A DNA stretch of 63,994 nucleotides, the filler included, from Catajapyx aquilonaris (lineage: Eukaryota), in the NCBI GenBank assembly GCA_000934665.2. It is 3 parts of 3 records of this genome, joined end to end, with 100 filler letters (N's around TTAATTAATTAA, not from the genome) between each part and the next. Parts side by side here need not be neighbours in the genome. Positions count along the whole stretch, not along the records: positions 21,525 to 43,031 come from KZ539468.1; positions 43,132 to 63,994 come from JYFJ02006174.1; 1 more part is not named here. The stretch is one strand, 5' to 3'. A program made the translations under genes and the position numbers. Below, one piece after another: positions 38,359-51,500 of this stretch. Every line of letters begins with the position of its first letter. Position 1 is the first letter of the stretch. Under the pieces are notes generated by a model. That model searched no databases, was not told the DNA's origin, and was given only the letters and a program-made list of their open reading frames with translations.

Positions 38359-38676
38359 CAGCGGCGTAACCACGGTTTTGAGCTAGGGGGGGGGGGGGNN
38401 NNNNNNNNNNNNNNNNNNNNNNNNNNNNNNNNNNNNNNNNNNNNNNNNNNNNNNNNNNNNNNNNNNNNNNNNNNNNNNNNNNNNNNNNNNNNNNNNNNNN
38501 NNNNNNNNNNNNNNNNNNNNNNNNNNNNNNNNNNNNNNNNNNNNNNNNNNNNNNNNNNNNNNNNNNNNNNNNNNNNNNNNNNNNNNNNNNNNNNNNNNNN
38601 NNNNNNNNNNNNNNNNNNNNNNNNNGGGGGGGGGGGGGCAATGTACCCCTGCCCCCCCCCTGCCGTTACGCCACTG
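38359..38676. mobile_element. hAT-type MITE spanning an N gap
   Basis: TIRs cagcggcgtaac / gttacgccactg, 8-bp TSD gtattaca, internal poly-G/C. Confidence 0.85.
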
Positions 38677-38952
38677 GTATTACACCCTGCTGGATATAGC
38701 GGAAACGTGCCTACGGTGGACATAAATTTCGGTCAGAGAGATATGATAATTTTGCCCGATATTATTTTATTATTTTATTATACCGTACTAACCCCATTGC
38801 ATTGGGAGAATCATCGCTCCTTTTTAGGGCCGGGTGGAATACCAACATTTTTTCATGTCTATTTTTGACATTTTTCTTCTAACACCGTGTTTCTAGGTAG
38901 AGTGGGAAAAGTGACATTATGCTTACAAACAACAACAACAACAACAACAACA

Positions 38953-40540
38953 ACAGTACCTTTTTGTTTTTTTGGGCATAGCTTTTTTCAGAGTTATCCG
39001 ATTGAGCTGACATGTTAACATGCTATGCACAAAGGCATTTGAAGAGAAATATGTAAAATTCGAAGAATTTCTGACTTGTATAAGAAAAATAAACAATGTA
39101 TTTGTTAATTTTTTCACGTACTTCAAAATTAAACAAAATCTTCAAACAACCATAACATTCTGAAAACTCAACCAAATGCTACAAAACTTGACAAGCTAAT
39201 CACTCACATCTTGTACTTGGTCTGGTAACCCTTGGCGTTGGTGACAGTTTGACATCTGCGAGGCATTGAGGCGACCAACTTGTGCAATACCGATTGTGGG
39301 ATCTTCTTCCACTCTACCGCAAGTTTCTTGTATTTATCGGTGGTACTGGATGCTCTTTTATTCTTCAGATGACATCCCAGATCCTCCCATAAGTGCTCGA
39401 TCGGATTGGGGTCTGGAAATCAGCTTGGCCAGTCCATTATGGCCACCCTCTACTGGTGCATCCAAGGGCGGATGTGCGCGGAGGACTGGGAGGAGTGCTG
39501 TCGCTGTCATCCTGGTACAGTAGAGATTGGAAAAAAGCACTCCTTGCATATGCCCACACGACTTCTTGGAGGATATCTGTGCACACCTCCTTGGTCAAGA
39601 TACCTACAATTCGGTGAAGGAGATCGATTCCAAGAGAGCTGAAGCAGCCACAGACTATCATGGATCCTCCGCCTTGCCTGTCGGTCGGCATCTAGTGCTT
39701 GAGATCGAATTGGTCACCTTTGGGATGATTAATATAGGCTATGCCATCAGTTTCAAACATCAGACACTTTGATTGGTCTAACCAGAAGACTTCGCACCAC
39801 TGCCTCTGTATCATGCTTTGTATCCAGTTGAGATTGGGCTGCTTCAGCTCTCTTGGAATCGCTCTCCTGCACCGAATTGTAGGTATTTTGCCCAATGAGG
39901 TGTGCAAGGATATCATCCAAGAAGTCATGTGTCCATAATTATGCAAGGAGTGCTTTAGGCCAATCTCTACTGTACCAGCACGACAACGACCCAAAGCACT
40001 CCTCCGCGCTCATCCGCCCTTGGCTGCACCAGTAGAGGGTGGCCACAATGGACTGGCCAAGCTGATTCCCGGCCCCCAATACGATCCAGCACTTATAGGA
40101 GGATCTGGGACGTCATCTGAAGAACAAAAGAGCATCAAATACCACCGATTAGTACAAGCAACTTGCGGTAGAATGGAAGAAGATCCCACAATCGGTGTTG
40201 GACAAGTTGGTCGCCTCAATGCCTCGCAGATATGTCAAACTGTCACCAACGCCAAGGGTTACCAGACCAAGTAGGCCTACAAGATGTGAGTGATTAGCTT
40301 GTCATGTTTTGTAGCATTTGGTTGAGTTTTCAGAACTATATGTTATGGTTGTTTGAAGATTTTGTTTCATTTTGAAGTACGTGAAAAAATTAACAAAAAC
40401 ATTGTTTATTCTTCTTATATAACTCAGAAATTTTTCAAATCTTACATATTCTCTTCAAATGCCTTTGTGCATAGCATGTTAAAATGTCAGCGCAATCGGA
40501 CAACTCTGAAAAAACCTATACCCAAAAAACAAAAAGGTAG
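38953..40540. mobile_element. Tc1-derived foldback (two inverted 3' halves)
   Basis: About 38955-39650 is the reverse complement of about 39835-40540. Decayed Tc1 transposase motifs GGGSMIVCGCFS, QHDNDPKH (about 39976-39999) and AKGYQTK. Confidence 0.85.
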
Positions 40541-40954
40541 GAGGTCAAGTTGAAAAAATCGCCGGTTTTGTGCGATATTTGATGGAATATGTACAGTACT
40601 GTACCAGGGGCCAGTTGTAGAGGATCATTGGCCAGTTTATCGCATATCTTCAACACAAGTAACGCAAAACACACCACATATATCAGCAGCAGCTCCATTA
40701 TTGCCACCAACATATTTCTTCCTAGGCAACAAGGCTTGGTTGTTTACACTGCCACCGTCATATTATCTGCCAGACATTTTACAAGGCTCTGCTGTTTTTA
40801 CATAAAGAAACATAATACAGAAATATCTGTGATAATGCAACGCCAGTACAAGAAGTCACAGGTCATGCGTCGTTATGTCCCCCGCTCAAGGACTGCCTGC
40901 GCTTGCCCCGGAACCATAAAGGTAGACTATCCTAATACAGATTTACCAGCATTG

Positions 40955-42840
40955 CATTCTAGAAATGTATGTAGGATTCCTTTTGATAATGGTGTAGTTC
41001 CTAGGGATTGGAGGGATGATATTATAGTACTGTACCTCTGTATAAGGGTAAGGGAGATGTGTGTGACTGCAGTGCCGTATCAAGAACATTGGGGGCCCAG
41101 GTGCGAGTCATGATTTTGGGGGCCCCTTCCAACCCCCCCCCCCCCCCNGTAGCCAGGATTCCAGTTCGGGGGGGGGGGGGGGGGGCATAAACCGAAAGGG
41201 ATGGGGAGAAGGCCCCCCGCAGGCGAAATTTTTTGGCGTTCAAGGTCACACGAGTTTAGGTGAATGTGGGAGATTTCAATGGGTATTCATGGGAACTTTG
41301 ACAACATGATTTTTTTTAAACCCACAAGTTTCGAGGGGGGTGGGGGCGTCACTGCCCCCGCTATAGTGATTTTTGCGCAGGGATTACGATAATAATAATC
41401 ATTATGCCTTCAATGCGCGAAACGTGTTCTTTCTGATTTAAAAAATAATAATAATTAAAACGCTGGATGGGGGCCCCGACGGTGCGACGCACCGCCGGTA
41501 TTTACGGCACTGTGTGACTGCAAGGATTATCGTGGAATTCGTTTCTTAAGTGTACCAGGGAAAGTGTATGCTAAAGTTTTGATAGAAAGAGTTAAGAGGG
41601 TCACAAGTCAGAAAATACTGAATATTCAGAGTGGGTTTAAGTTGTGTAAGAGTTGCGTAGATCAGATATTCTGTATGAGACTCGTAATAGAAAAGCATTT
41701 AGCTGTAAATAAGAAGGTTTATGTTGCCTTTGTAGACTTAGAGAAAGCATATGACACAGTGAGTATAGGGAAGGTTTGTGGGAAGTTCTGAGTCTCTATG
41801 GAGTGAAGGGCCGCCTGCTGGAGGCTGTAAAGTCATTGTATGAAGAGAGTAGAGCTTGTGTTAGAACTAGTGGGGGTTTCTCTGACTGGTTTAACATTAG
41901 TGTTGAGGTTAAGCAGGGTTGTGTCATGTCTCCCTGGTTATTTTACTTGTACTTAGATGCATGTGTAAGGGAAGCTATGATTGAAGGTGTAGGAGTGCAG
42001 TTTGGTGATGAGTTAGTTAGTCACTTGCTGTATGCAAATGATTCTGCCCTTCTGGCGGAGAGTGAGGCTGATTTACAGTTGATCCTATGCAAGTTAGATA
42101 ATGTTTGTGAAAAGAGGGGTATGAGGATTAATGTAGATAAGACTAAGGTATTGGTATTTGAGAGAGGACAGCAGGTTTCTCCTTGTATGTTGCAGGTACG
42201 AGGAAAACTGGTTGAGCAGGTCAACCAGTTTGTAAACCTGGGTAGTGTCCTTGAGAGTAATGGTAGAATGGATGGGGAGATTGACAGGAGAGTTAGTTCT
42301 GGGTTGAAAGTGATAGGTGCCACAAGTAAGTTTTCTAGAAATAAGGACTTATCTTCTGCCTGTAGGTTGTCTGTATATTCTCACGCTATTGTACGGTACC
42401 TTCACTTATGTATGGTAGTGAAGCGTGTGTTTGGCCAGATAGGCTTAAGAGTAGGGGGTTGTCTACAGAGATGCGTTATCTCCGGGCTGTTTGTGGGGTT
42501 ACTAATAAGTTGGATAGGATTAGGAATGAAGAGATTTTGCGGAGGTGTAATGTTAAGGAGACTATTAAAGATAAGGTGTGTACAGTAGGTCTACTCTAAG
42601 GTGGTTTGGCCATGTGGAGAGGATGAAGGAGGAGGAGATTGTGAAGAAGGTTTATTTGGGTGGAGTAGTTGGTAAGAGGGGCAAGGGTAGGCCTAGGAAG
42701 ACATGGTTGGACCAGGTGGGTCAGTGTCTTAAGGGTGTTGCTAGTGTTAATCCGAGACGTTCTTGTGTCAATAGGACCATAGACGTGGCTGAGGCTAGGG
42801 TTGTTTGTTTGGATAGGTGTATAAATGGCGTAGGTTAATT
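40955..42840 (+). mobile_element. 5'-truncated, frameshifted RTE-type non-LTR retrotransposon (RT ORF)
   Basis: VPRDWRDDIIV.LYKGKGD..CKDYRGI, QSGF...SCVDQIF, AFVDLEKAYD, VKQGCVMSPWLF, LLYAND (YADD mutated), LRWFGHVERM...RGKGRPRKTW. Confidence 0.9.
41070..41512. mobile_element. hAT-type MITE inserted in the LINE RT
   Basis: TIRs cagtgccgta / tacggcactg, TSD tgtgactg (41062-41069 and 41513-41520). Excision restores LYKGKGDVCDCKDYRGI. Confidence 0.9.
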
Positions 42841-43031
42841 AATGGGTAAATAGGTCAATATGTCTGAGGATAAGGTGATGTCTGAGGTGGGCAGGGGTGG
42901 GGGGTGGGACAGGTTGTTTTTAGGTTTATTCTCATGATAGTGGGGGCTCTTAGCGAGATGAAGGGGACAAGTTGGACAAAAGCACCAAACTTTGCATGGA
43001 GTTTTGTTTGGTCCTATGCTAATAGTTTTTG

Positions 43032-43111
43032 NNNNNNNNNNNNNNNNNNNNNNNNNNNNNNNNNNNNNNNNNNNNTTAATTAATTAANNNNNNNNNNNNN
43101 NNNNNNNNNNN
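43032..43111. other. Assembly gap with artificial TTAATTAATTAA linker
   Basis: Same structure as 21425-21524, followed by (GTA)n low-complexity sequence to about 43295. Confidence 0.95.
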
Positions 43112-43304
43112 NNNNNNNNNNNNNNNNNNNNGTAGCAGTAGTAAGTAGCAGTAGTAGTAGTAGTAAGTAGTAGAAGTACAAGCTGTAAAAGTAGCAGTAG
43201 TAACAAGTAGTACCAGTACTAACAAGTGTAGTAGTATAGTAGTGAGTGTAGTAGTAGTAATAATAAGTGTTGTCGTACAGTAGTAAGTATAGTATAGGTT
43301 ACTG

Positions 43305-43964
43305 ACAAGGGAACGGTCAGGGTCGAGGACCTCCGATTTGGTTGAAACTGGCGTGAGGGGTCATTCATGTGCGATAGACACAGTGGTGAAATTGTTAGCT
43401 CGCACTATCCAGCCGTTTCCGAGATATGAGCGACAGTAACATCCGAATTTTGGCCACGCGCATTTGCCGGGAGCCGCTCTGCCAGCTCCAAATCCCTTCT
43501 ACCTGGATTCCCCCCACTTTTTTTGATCCCACACCACCATCCCCCACCAACATTTTCGTTTTCCATAGTTTCTTTGCTCCGGTATTTATTATGAGACCAT
43601 CAAGCTGCTTTCTTTCGCTTCTGTCAACTTCGAATAAAGAGCTTCTATACCTAAAATTGGGTAATGGGGAAAACTCATAATAAATACCGGAGCAAAGAAA
43701 CTATGGAAAACGAAAATGTTGGTGGGGGATGGTGCTGTGGGATCGAAAAAAGTGGGGGGAATCAAGGCAGAAGGGATTTGGAGCTCCCAGAGTGGCTCCC
43801 GGCAAATGCGCGCGGCCAAAATTCGGATGTTTCTGTCGCTCATATCTCGGAAACGGCTGGACGTTGCGAGCTAACACTTTCACCACTGTGTCTATCGCAC
43901 ATGAATGACCCCTCAAGCCAGTTTCAACCAAATCGGAGGTTCTCGACCCTGACCGTTCCCTTGT
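43305..43964. mobile_element. Foldback MITE with about 290-bp inverted arms, in the atlastin intron
   Basis: acaagggaacggtcagggtcgag... / ...ctcgaccctgaccgttcccttgt. The ORFs 43426-43680(+) and 43589-43843(-) are mirror images. Confidence 0.85.
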
Positions 43965-44026
43965 AAGTACTGCACAAGTACACGAGTATTAGGAAATATC
44001 GTGCATAAGTACAGTGATACACTTAC

Positions 44027-45330
44027 CTTCAGCAAAGTATTGGGTTCAGGAAACACACCTGCCCGCACAGCATCCACGTATGACTTGATGTAGGCAAACA
44101 GCTCCCGTGCCCTGACCTCGTTTCCTCCTATCTTCTTAACAACCAGGTTCTGATCAGCCAGCACGAGGGGGACCAGCACTCCCAACTGCTCCTTGAAATC
44201 CTGATCCAGATACTGTGCACTGCCATCAAACTCCTTCTTGGACACCATCTTGCCAGGATGAGGCATCAGGAAGCACCCCACGTTGGAGAAGCTCTCTTGG
44301 ATGCTCCTCTCATCTCCTACTGTTGGTTGCAACATCCGCTGAAGCAACACTCTTCCTCCTTTCAGCCCGTAGTCTTCGCTCAGGGTGTAGTCTCGCACGA
44401 GAAAGAGCAGTCGCTGGAACGGTGTGTCATGACTACACTGCTCGAGGGCCATTTGACCGTACTCTGTGAAGTACTGCAGATGCTGCAGGTCGTCCTCCTG
44501 AACGTTGCCGGTCAAGTTGAATATCTGCACAGAGCTGATTAAGGTGCTGAGAGCGAACAAGGTCACATCCTCAGTGGTACAGCCTCTGTCAAACACTCCC
44601 TGGGTGTCGATCAAGAGGACTGAAACTGGTTCGCCATCAGGTCCGTCCACCACAAATGGTTTGCTCCACATTACAAGCCCTGTGGTTGTAGGCTCGAATC
44701 CTGGTTGCCAAGAGAATCCTTTTAATGGAGTGTCTTCAGATCCCATCCAACCAGCTGACTTCTGTAAGAATGTGAGAGTGTCGTAAATGATGCCTTCTCC
44801 AAAAGTACAGAGAGCACTTGACCTCTGAATTCATGTATCGCAGAAAGTAATCCAGCATGAATGACTTTCCTCTTCTGAATGCCCCTGCTATCGACACGAC
44901 GACCACGGGCCTGTCCCACGTGTCACCTTGCGACAAGATTTGGCGAAGACCTTCCGAATTCAGCTTGAAACCGTCATCCTTGTCGTCTTTCTTCACTATC
45001 TGGACTGGGCGGCCAAAATTCGCCTCTCCTTTAGAAAAATATGGAAGCACAATGTGAACAGGGTGGGCCAAATGGTGTGATGGCTCATTTCTAATGAAAC
45101 TGATTTGAAGCAATGTGCCTGATCATATACCTGCCATACTATACAGTAATTATTGCAAGGTGCAACAATATATACCAACCATTCTCTACTGATCCCTGAT
45201 GCCATTGCCCTTCAGAACCGCTGTCATCTGAGTCACCAGAGTTGTCCATTGATATCGTGGCTTCTTTCACCGCCTCTTTCTTGGCATGTCCGGTCTCGTC
45301 ACCACGTGTCTCTTCCTTATTAAGCTCCAT
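44027..45330 (-). CDS. atl: Atlastin/GBP-family large GTPase, divergent and 3'-incomplete; exons 45330-45180, 45028-44823, 44761-44027
   Basis: VVVVSIAGAFRRGKSFMLDYFLRY (P-loop), LKGFSW, LLIDTQG, FALSTLISSVQIFNL, EDDLQHLQYFTEYG, LLFLVRD, CFLMPHPG. Splice phases are compatible and there is a GTAAGT donor after 44027. No 3-helix-bundle or TM exons were found before the gap. Confidence 0.85.
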
Positions 45331-46899
45331 GTCCTCTGCTGACAATGGGTGGAATCTTCGTCTCACCAAATGAAAGAGAAACACGAGAGCCTAGAAAAAT
45401 GTGCGTTAGCATTCCATCGTTCACATGCTCGGTCACACGTCCAAGAATTTTGACCCCAACAATTAGTGATATATTTGCGTAGCATCAGTCATATTTTGGT
45501 GACAGGAGTGGAGACCCATATAATGTTTAATAATTATGTTAAGTTTGAAGTCTGGTTAATGCATCTCTTTCCTAGATTTTGCGATTGATTTTTACCTCCA
45601 CGGTATTGCGAAATATGGCTGAAACTTGATATTCAGCGTTATGGCATAGTCATGTACAGTTGGCGGAGGACAAAAACAAATTTCAGACAAAAATTAATGG
45701 TCATTACGAGTTACCAGTGACCTAAGGAACACGAAAATGGAGATGAATGTCCATGGACAAAAGTCGTGTTGGGGTATAGTGTTGTTCTCACAAAAATTGC
45801 GAAACTTGAAGGCTCCTGCGTGGAATGAAGATGAAGTACGAAAATTATTTAAAAAAATTCACCAGTGTTATACTAGTCAATGCGCAACTTTTGACAGCCC
45901 GCGCGATTTAATCGGATTACTTTTATTTATTTTTTCGCTCCACCCTACTGAGTAGGCTACATAATGAGCCAAAACTGCTCTATATACTCGATGATCCGTG
46001 TGACTCACCTTGTGTGGGCCTGTCTTCCCGACCGTTGATAATATAAGCTGCAGGTCTATAGTGTAAAATTAATGGGACTGTCTCACAACAAGCCTGCTGA
46101 CGTGGAACTGAAGTCATATGCTGGGGTGTATAGTTATCAGCTCAGTGTTGAAGAATGGAGAGCACCTGTGGGATTTCCCCGCAGGACCATTTCCTGGTCC
46201 AGATAAGGTGAATTTCCATGAATATGATAAATTGATAAGTGCCCAAGAAAAATGTTCAAAACGGACAATGATCGATTCATATACTGTACATGCAAAACCT
46301 CATCAATATTCCTCATCCTGTCTTAATTACTGTCATCAATAGTAAAGTTGCAAAATACACCAAGAGACTTGGCACTTGATCCAAAGAGGTATTCACGATA
46401 AAGATTGCGAAAGACTGGATTTCAAGAGAATCGCACATTTCTTCCGCCTTAGATAATTATAAGGAGTAGTGACTTCTGATTGCCAGTGGCCGATAAGATA
46501 TGCGCAGTATGAGCTGTATTGAATAAGCAGCAAGTACGAGCAGTACTTCCGTCCGCGTTCCGGTTCAGTGGATCTGCTCCCCTTTCCAGAAGCAATCAAA
46601 TAAATGTTCCTCTCTTATTATTAACACGAATTCTCTGGCAGTGCTGTCGGGATTTGCTTCATAACGACCAGGGTATATGGAGCCATTCATAATGCTGTTT
46701 TATGCACGGAAAGAAAGCATGTAATCTGTCCATAACAATTCATGTGAAACAGCGTGTTGAAAGCACTATTCATTGAAAGACAAGTGCTTGCCTTAAAAAT
46801 GAGAGTACAGACATTATTTATTGTATTACATTTGCGCAAGGCAGAAAATAATGCGTCGCCAGTCGGAGCCATAACATGGTATCTACACACACACACAAA

Positions 46900-47128
46900 A
46901 AGGGAGGAGGAGTGGCGCTGCGGTAACGTATGCGCCCCTCTTGCAGAGTTGGGCCATCTCTGGCTTCGTCTCGGGTGGAATTTCCACAGACTATGAAATA
47001 ATTCACCCGGGGGGAGTTCACAAAATTACCACACCCAAGACATTACACTGCACTTTGCATATCCCCTCCTGTCATCCCCAGGATCACAGGATCATCATCA
47101 TCATCAGGATCATCATCATCATCATCAG
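46900..47128 (+). mobile_element. tRNA-derived SINE-like copy with (ATC)n tail
   Basis: A-box-like tggcgctgcgg head at about 46913, body shared with the 28747-29038 copy, and an (ATC)n-rich tail. Confidence 0.6.
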
Positions 47129-48231
47129 CATGAAAAAGGCTGTCAACATGTTGCTAATGCGAGTAGAGAAAACACATCATCAGATGACATTTCCAAGCTT
47201 CAAGTATTGACAATCAGGCCGTCTGCTAGGTTTTTTCACAAACGTCGGCTTTTTATGGACTATTACAACACTACTCGTGAGGAATTATTACTGACAATAA
47301 GCCGAATATTTTCATGCAAGTTGCATTTCAGTTGCACCTGCGCAGTATGTTGTTCCCGAGCAGATGGCAATGAGACGTGTGTGCACCTGGCCGTTAATTA
47401 CAACCGAGTGGCCTTCAACTGTGCCATGTATGTTCAGTTCAGCCAGTATATAGTCACACGAACAGTTTGCGAGGGTCGGCACAATAGGGGTTGTAACCTG
47501 GGAGAAGAGAAGCAGACATGTCGCAGCAACAATCAAGCTTCATGTGGGCATACCTGACTCTGATGGTGACCACACTGGTTGCATCACAGCAGCAAATAAC
47601 AGGCACAGAAGGTACTACAGGGTGTGGTGTTGCAGGATTTCACTCTAACTTATTATTATTATTATTATTAATTGATTGATTAATTGAAGGCAGTGGATGG
47701 CGTGGGGAGAACAATATGTCAGCAGGTGACGTGACTGATTTGCCAAAAGTGGTGAAGGCCATGCCTATACACGACTCCATCCCACCTTCGTCTGGACCAG
47801 CAAACACAGCATCAGAGGCAAGAAGGTGATATATCACACATTTTGACATGTACTTCAATAAAATATATATTGGCACGTGTAAGCACCGACTCTTCTTGCT
47901 TATTCTTTGGTTCCCAAACTGCACTGGACATGCCAAGTACTATTACACACCATCAAGCACGATAATTATACGCAACAATCAGGAGTGGCAACGCCGGATA
48001 TATAGCCCTGGTTACCCCGCAACAACACACTCATTGTTTGTCTCTTATTCAGCAGGGGCCCCCCCAACAAAAATCAGGTGCACACTTTCGGCCTTCCAAA
48101 TTCTAGTGGCCCGTTTCTTACAGGTCAAATCCTGTTGGGTTGGGGGGTGGCAGTCAAACCACGCCTGGCAATCCCAGGGAGAAGCTGCTGGAAATTCATT
48201 GTTGACAAGATCGAGCTCATCAGTCCAAATC

Positions 48232-48469
48232 ATGTCCAGCAACACTTCCGTAAGCACAGGTGAGTTTGCTGCAGACCTTATTGTTATAATATACTGAAGT
48301 AATTAGACGTGACACCACCCATGGTTGCTTTGTTGCAGATACCAGCCAGCACTTGACCATCGAGGGGACGCAGAGCACCGATTCGCTGGAGACGAATGTA
48401 ATGAGTGCACTTGTTGTCGTTTGCTAATTAACAATAACTACTGATTGGTTTGTTCGTCATTGCTGCGAC

Positions 48470-48534
<65 letters not shown>

Positions 48535-51500
48535 GCTGCATTGTTATGCCAGTCATATTGCTCCTCGTCATTATCCGATTCGACCAGCAGGGCTGACAAT
48601 AATATATGCTTCTGAAGCAATCACCGTGATGTGCACTTTTAATGATTGTTAGTCATTGTTGCCCATTGTGACTTCAGCTGAATGCTCTGTACACGCATTC
48701 TGTACACTATAATTGCGCGTGCACCGTGTGACTGAGCAAATTTCGTGATCGTGCAAGGTCAACAATGACCTCACAACAACAACAACAACGGCGCCAACAA
48801 TGACTGTGGTGTCTAATTACCGACACTGTACTTGCTGTGTGTAGTACCAGAGTGGTTAATCGTTAATGATCATTTTTTTCAATTACATTTAATGACAATT
48901 TGCACCCCCACTCTTCAATTACAGTGCGACGATGATCCGGATCAGACTCAACAGCCGCTGGTCCCATTTCATAACAAGTGAGTTCATTTTTCACTTTGGT
49001 GTAATATATTATTAGACCATTGCAGTACACATGCACTAATTGCACTCAGATGTACTACTGTACAGTACAGTTCGCTATACTTCCCAAGCAGTATTGTGTC
49101 ATTGCTGGCGCACTTTTTTTTCCACGAGTTGCATTCCATTGTTATTGGCGTGCATGTCGTCAAGTTGTTGATCGTTTACCATATATGGTTGATCTTTACA
49201 AAACAATGCCCGAGTTTACTTTTTAAAATGTGTGGCATTGTCGCAATTTGCTTTTGAAGCGAGGACAAGGTCCTAAAGATATTCCCGAGGCGCTTCTGGA
49301 AGGACATCTCGGAGGAGTATCACCAGCTCCTGAAGGCGGTTGCTCCTCGGACGTACACCGACGACGCTGGGGACGCCAGGGTTCAGGACGACGACGACGA
49401 CGCCTGGGGACAGTGCAGATGCGAGGCGACGAAGCAGCAGTCTCTGGAGATAGCCCAGATAGTGGCGGCCGAGAGCAACCCAAACGTCCAAGAGACGCTG
49501 AAGAACATCCTGAGCATCCCGTCCATCCAGCCTCCGGTCCACGAGGCGGATCTAGACAAGAGGCCGACGGACTGCGCAGTCAATCTGGAGGTGGAATCCG
49601 GGCCTGACTCGGTGCCCATCAACAATAAGTATCCCGCGTCAATCTTCGACCTTCTTGGCAGCGAAGGACAGACCTGTCTAGGGTGCATCAAGAAGACTGG
49701 GTTCTTCCCACCCGGAGGACCAGTGCAGCTGAGCATGTACCCGGTCCACCAGATGTCCAGGAGGGGCAGCAGGCCCAGGGACGACATCGAGGACATGGAG
49801 GAGGACATGAGGATAACCACGGACCAGGACTCGTCGTCCACGACGTACTCCACAAGCTCGCCGAAGAGCCAGATGGCCGAAGACGACGTGATGAGGACCT
49901 TGACCAGCAGACCTCGTCTCTTCCCTTTCCATCTCACGCCCAGCGGGAATCTCAAAGTCAACCCAAAGCAGATCGCGTTCGAGTCCAAGAAGGTCAGCGT
50001 CCTGGTCGCCGACCCCAAGAAGACCAGGGTCAACGTCAAGGCAGACGTCGGACGTGGGAGTAGGAGGCCAGACGGCACGCAGTCACCAGCCTTGAGCCAG
50101 CAGGTGGAGGAACCGGACATGGAGGTACGTTTTATTGTTAAAACAATTTTTGCACGTGTTATTGCAAAATGTATATGACCCTATTTGTTGAAATTTCCAG
50201 CAGGCGCCGGACATGTACGCCATGGACAGTCGCCAGCAGCAGCCAGATTCGTACGCATCGTCACGACAGCCGTCCAATACATACGGATCACGTCAGCCGT
50301 CCGACACGTACGGATCATCACGACAGCAGGCCAGCAGCCCCAGGGCCAGCCCAAGGTCCAGCCCAAGGTCCAGCCCAAGGTCCAGCCCAAGGTCCAGCCC
50401 AAGGTCCAGCCCGTACGGATCACGCCAGCCGTCGGACACGTACGATCTGGCCGACCGTCAGATGGACATGGAGCCGGCTCCAGGCGAAGAGGACTATCCA
50501 GAGTGAGTGTGGATGCTGTTGGTTGTGTCCAGTGCAAGTTTTGATATCTCATCTCTTTTTTTTCCCTTCCACACAGTGTGGACCAGCCAGCCGAGGACGA
50601 CCTGCAGCCAATGGACTCGAGGGACCAGCTCATCGACAGGTAATTGTCCGGTGGACATGGCCACAGACTCTATGGTGATCACCTGTTGTTGTTGTTGTCT
50701 TACAGGCTGGACGACGAGTGGACAAAGATAATCGAGGAGAAGCCCGAGTTCTTTGCCAAGATTTACGACCGGATTCAAAACACAGTGTGAGTTTCCAGCG
50801 AGAGGGCAACAATGATGTTTAAATAAGCAGCCTGCAATAATGCGGCAATAATAATGTTTTCCGCAGAGACCCCGACTGGATAGTGACCATAAACTCCGAG
50901 GAGTTTCCTTGCCACTCCATAGCCCTCCAGACGCACTCCAAGTTCTTCGACAGGCAGAGGAGGCCCCAGGACATGATCTACAGGATCGACCTCCCTCCAG
51001 TGAGTGCCCGCAGGACATCGTGTAGAACTTAAAGAGCTTTACTACTTCCGCATCTGTTGTTTCTTCCACTATCAGGATCAAGTGAGCCCGCAGTCTTTCG
51101 TGGACGTGATGCACTGGATCCTCCTGCCCCAGGGCGAGGCGCAGGCCATCATCCGGATGGACAACGTGCTGGACTTGTACCTGGCCTCCACGTACCTGGA
51201 AATGCCGGAGCTGGAGGACCAGGTGGTGGCCTTCCTGACTCGTCCGGAGATGTACGAGACCACTGACGCGCTGCACCTGTTCAGCGAAGCCAGGGAGAGA
51301 GGGGTGGACGGTGCGGTGAACGTGATGATGCCCCACATGGCCGACTGGTTCTACAAGTACGTCCGGAGCCTGGACTTCCTGGAGCTGGACATCGACGAGC
51401 TCCTGTTCCTCCTGGGCAACGACAACCTGGTCCTCAACAGCGAGCTGGAGGTTTTCGAGGCGGGTGTCCGTTGGCTGGTGTACCGTTGGGCCGACAGGCA

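Noticed and set aside
38259..38723. ORFs running through Ns
   Set aside because: Gap artefacts within a MITE.
43426..43843. Pair of similar 84-aa ORFs on opposite strands
   Set aside because: Mirror translations of the arms of a foldback MITE.
46900..46945. tRNA gene
   Set aside because: Only an A-box-like head with no B-box or cloverleaf; part of a SINE-like repeat.
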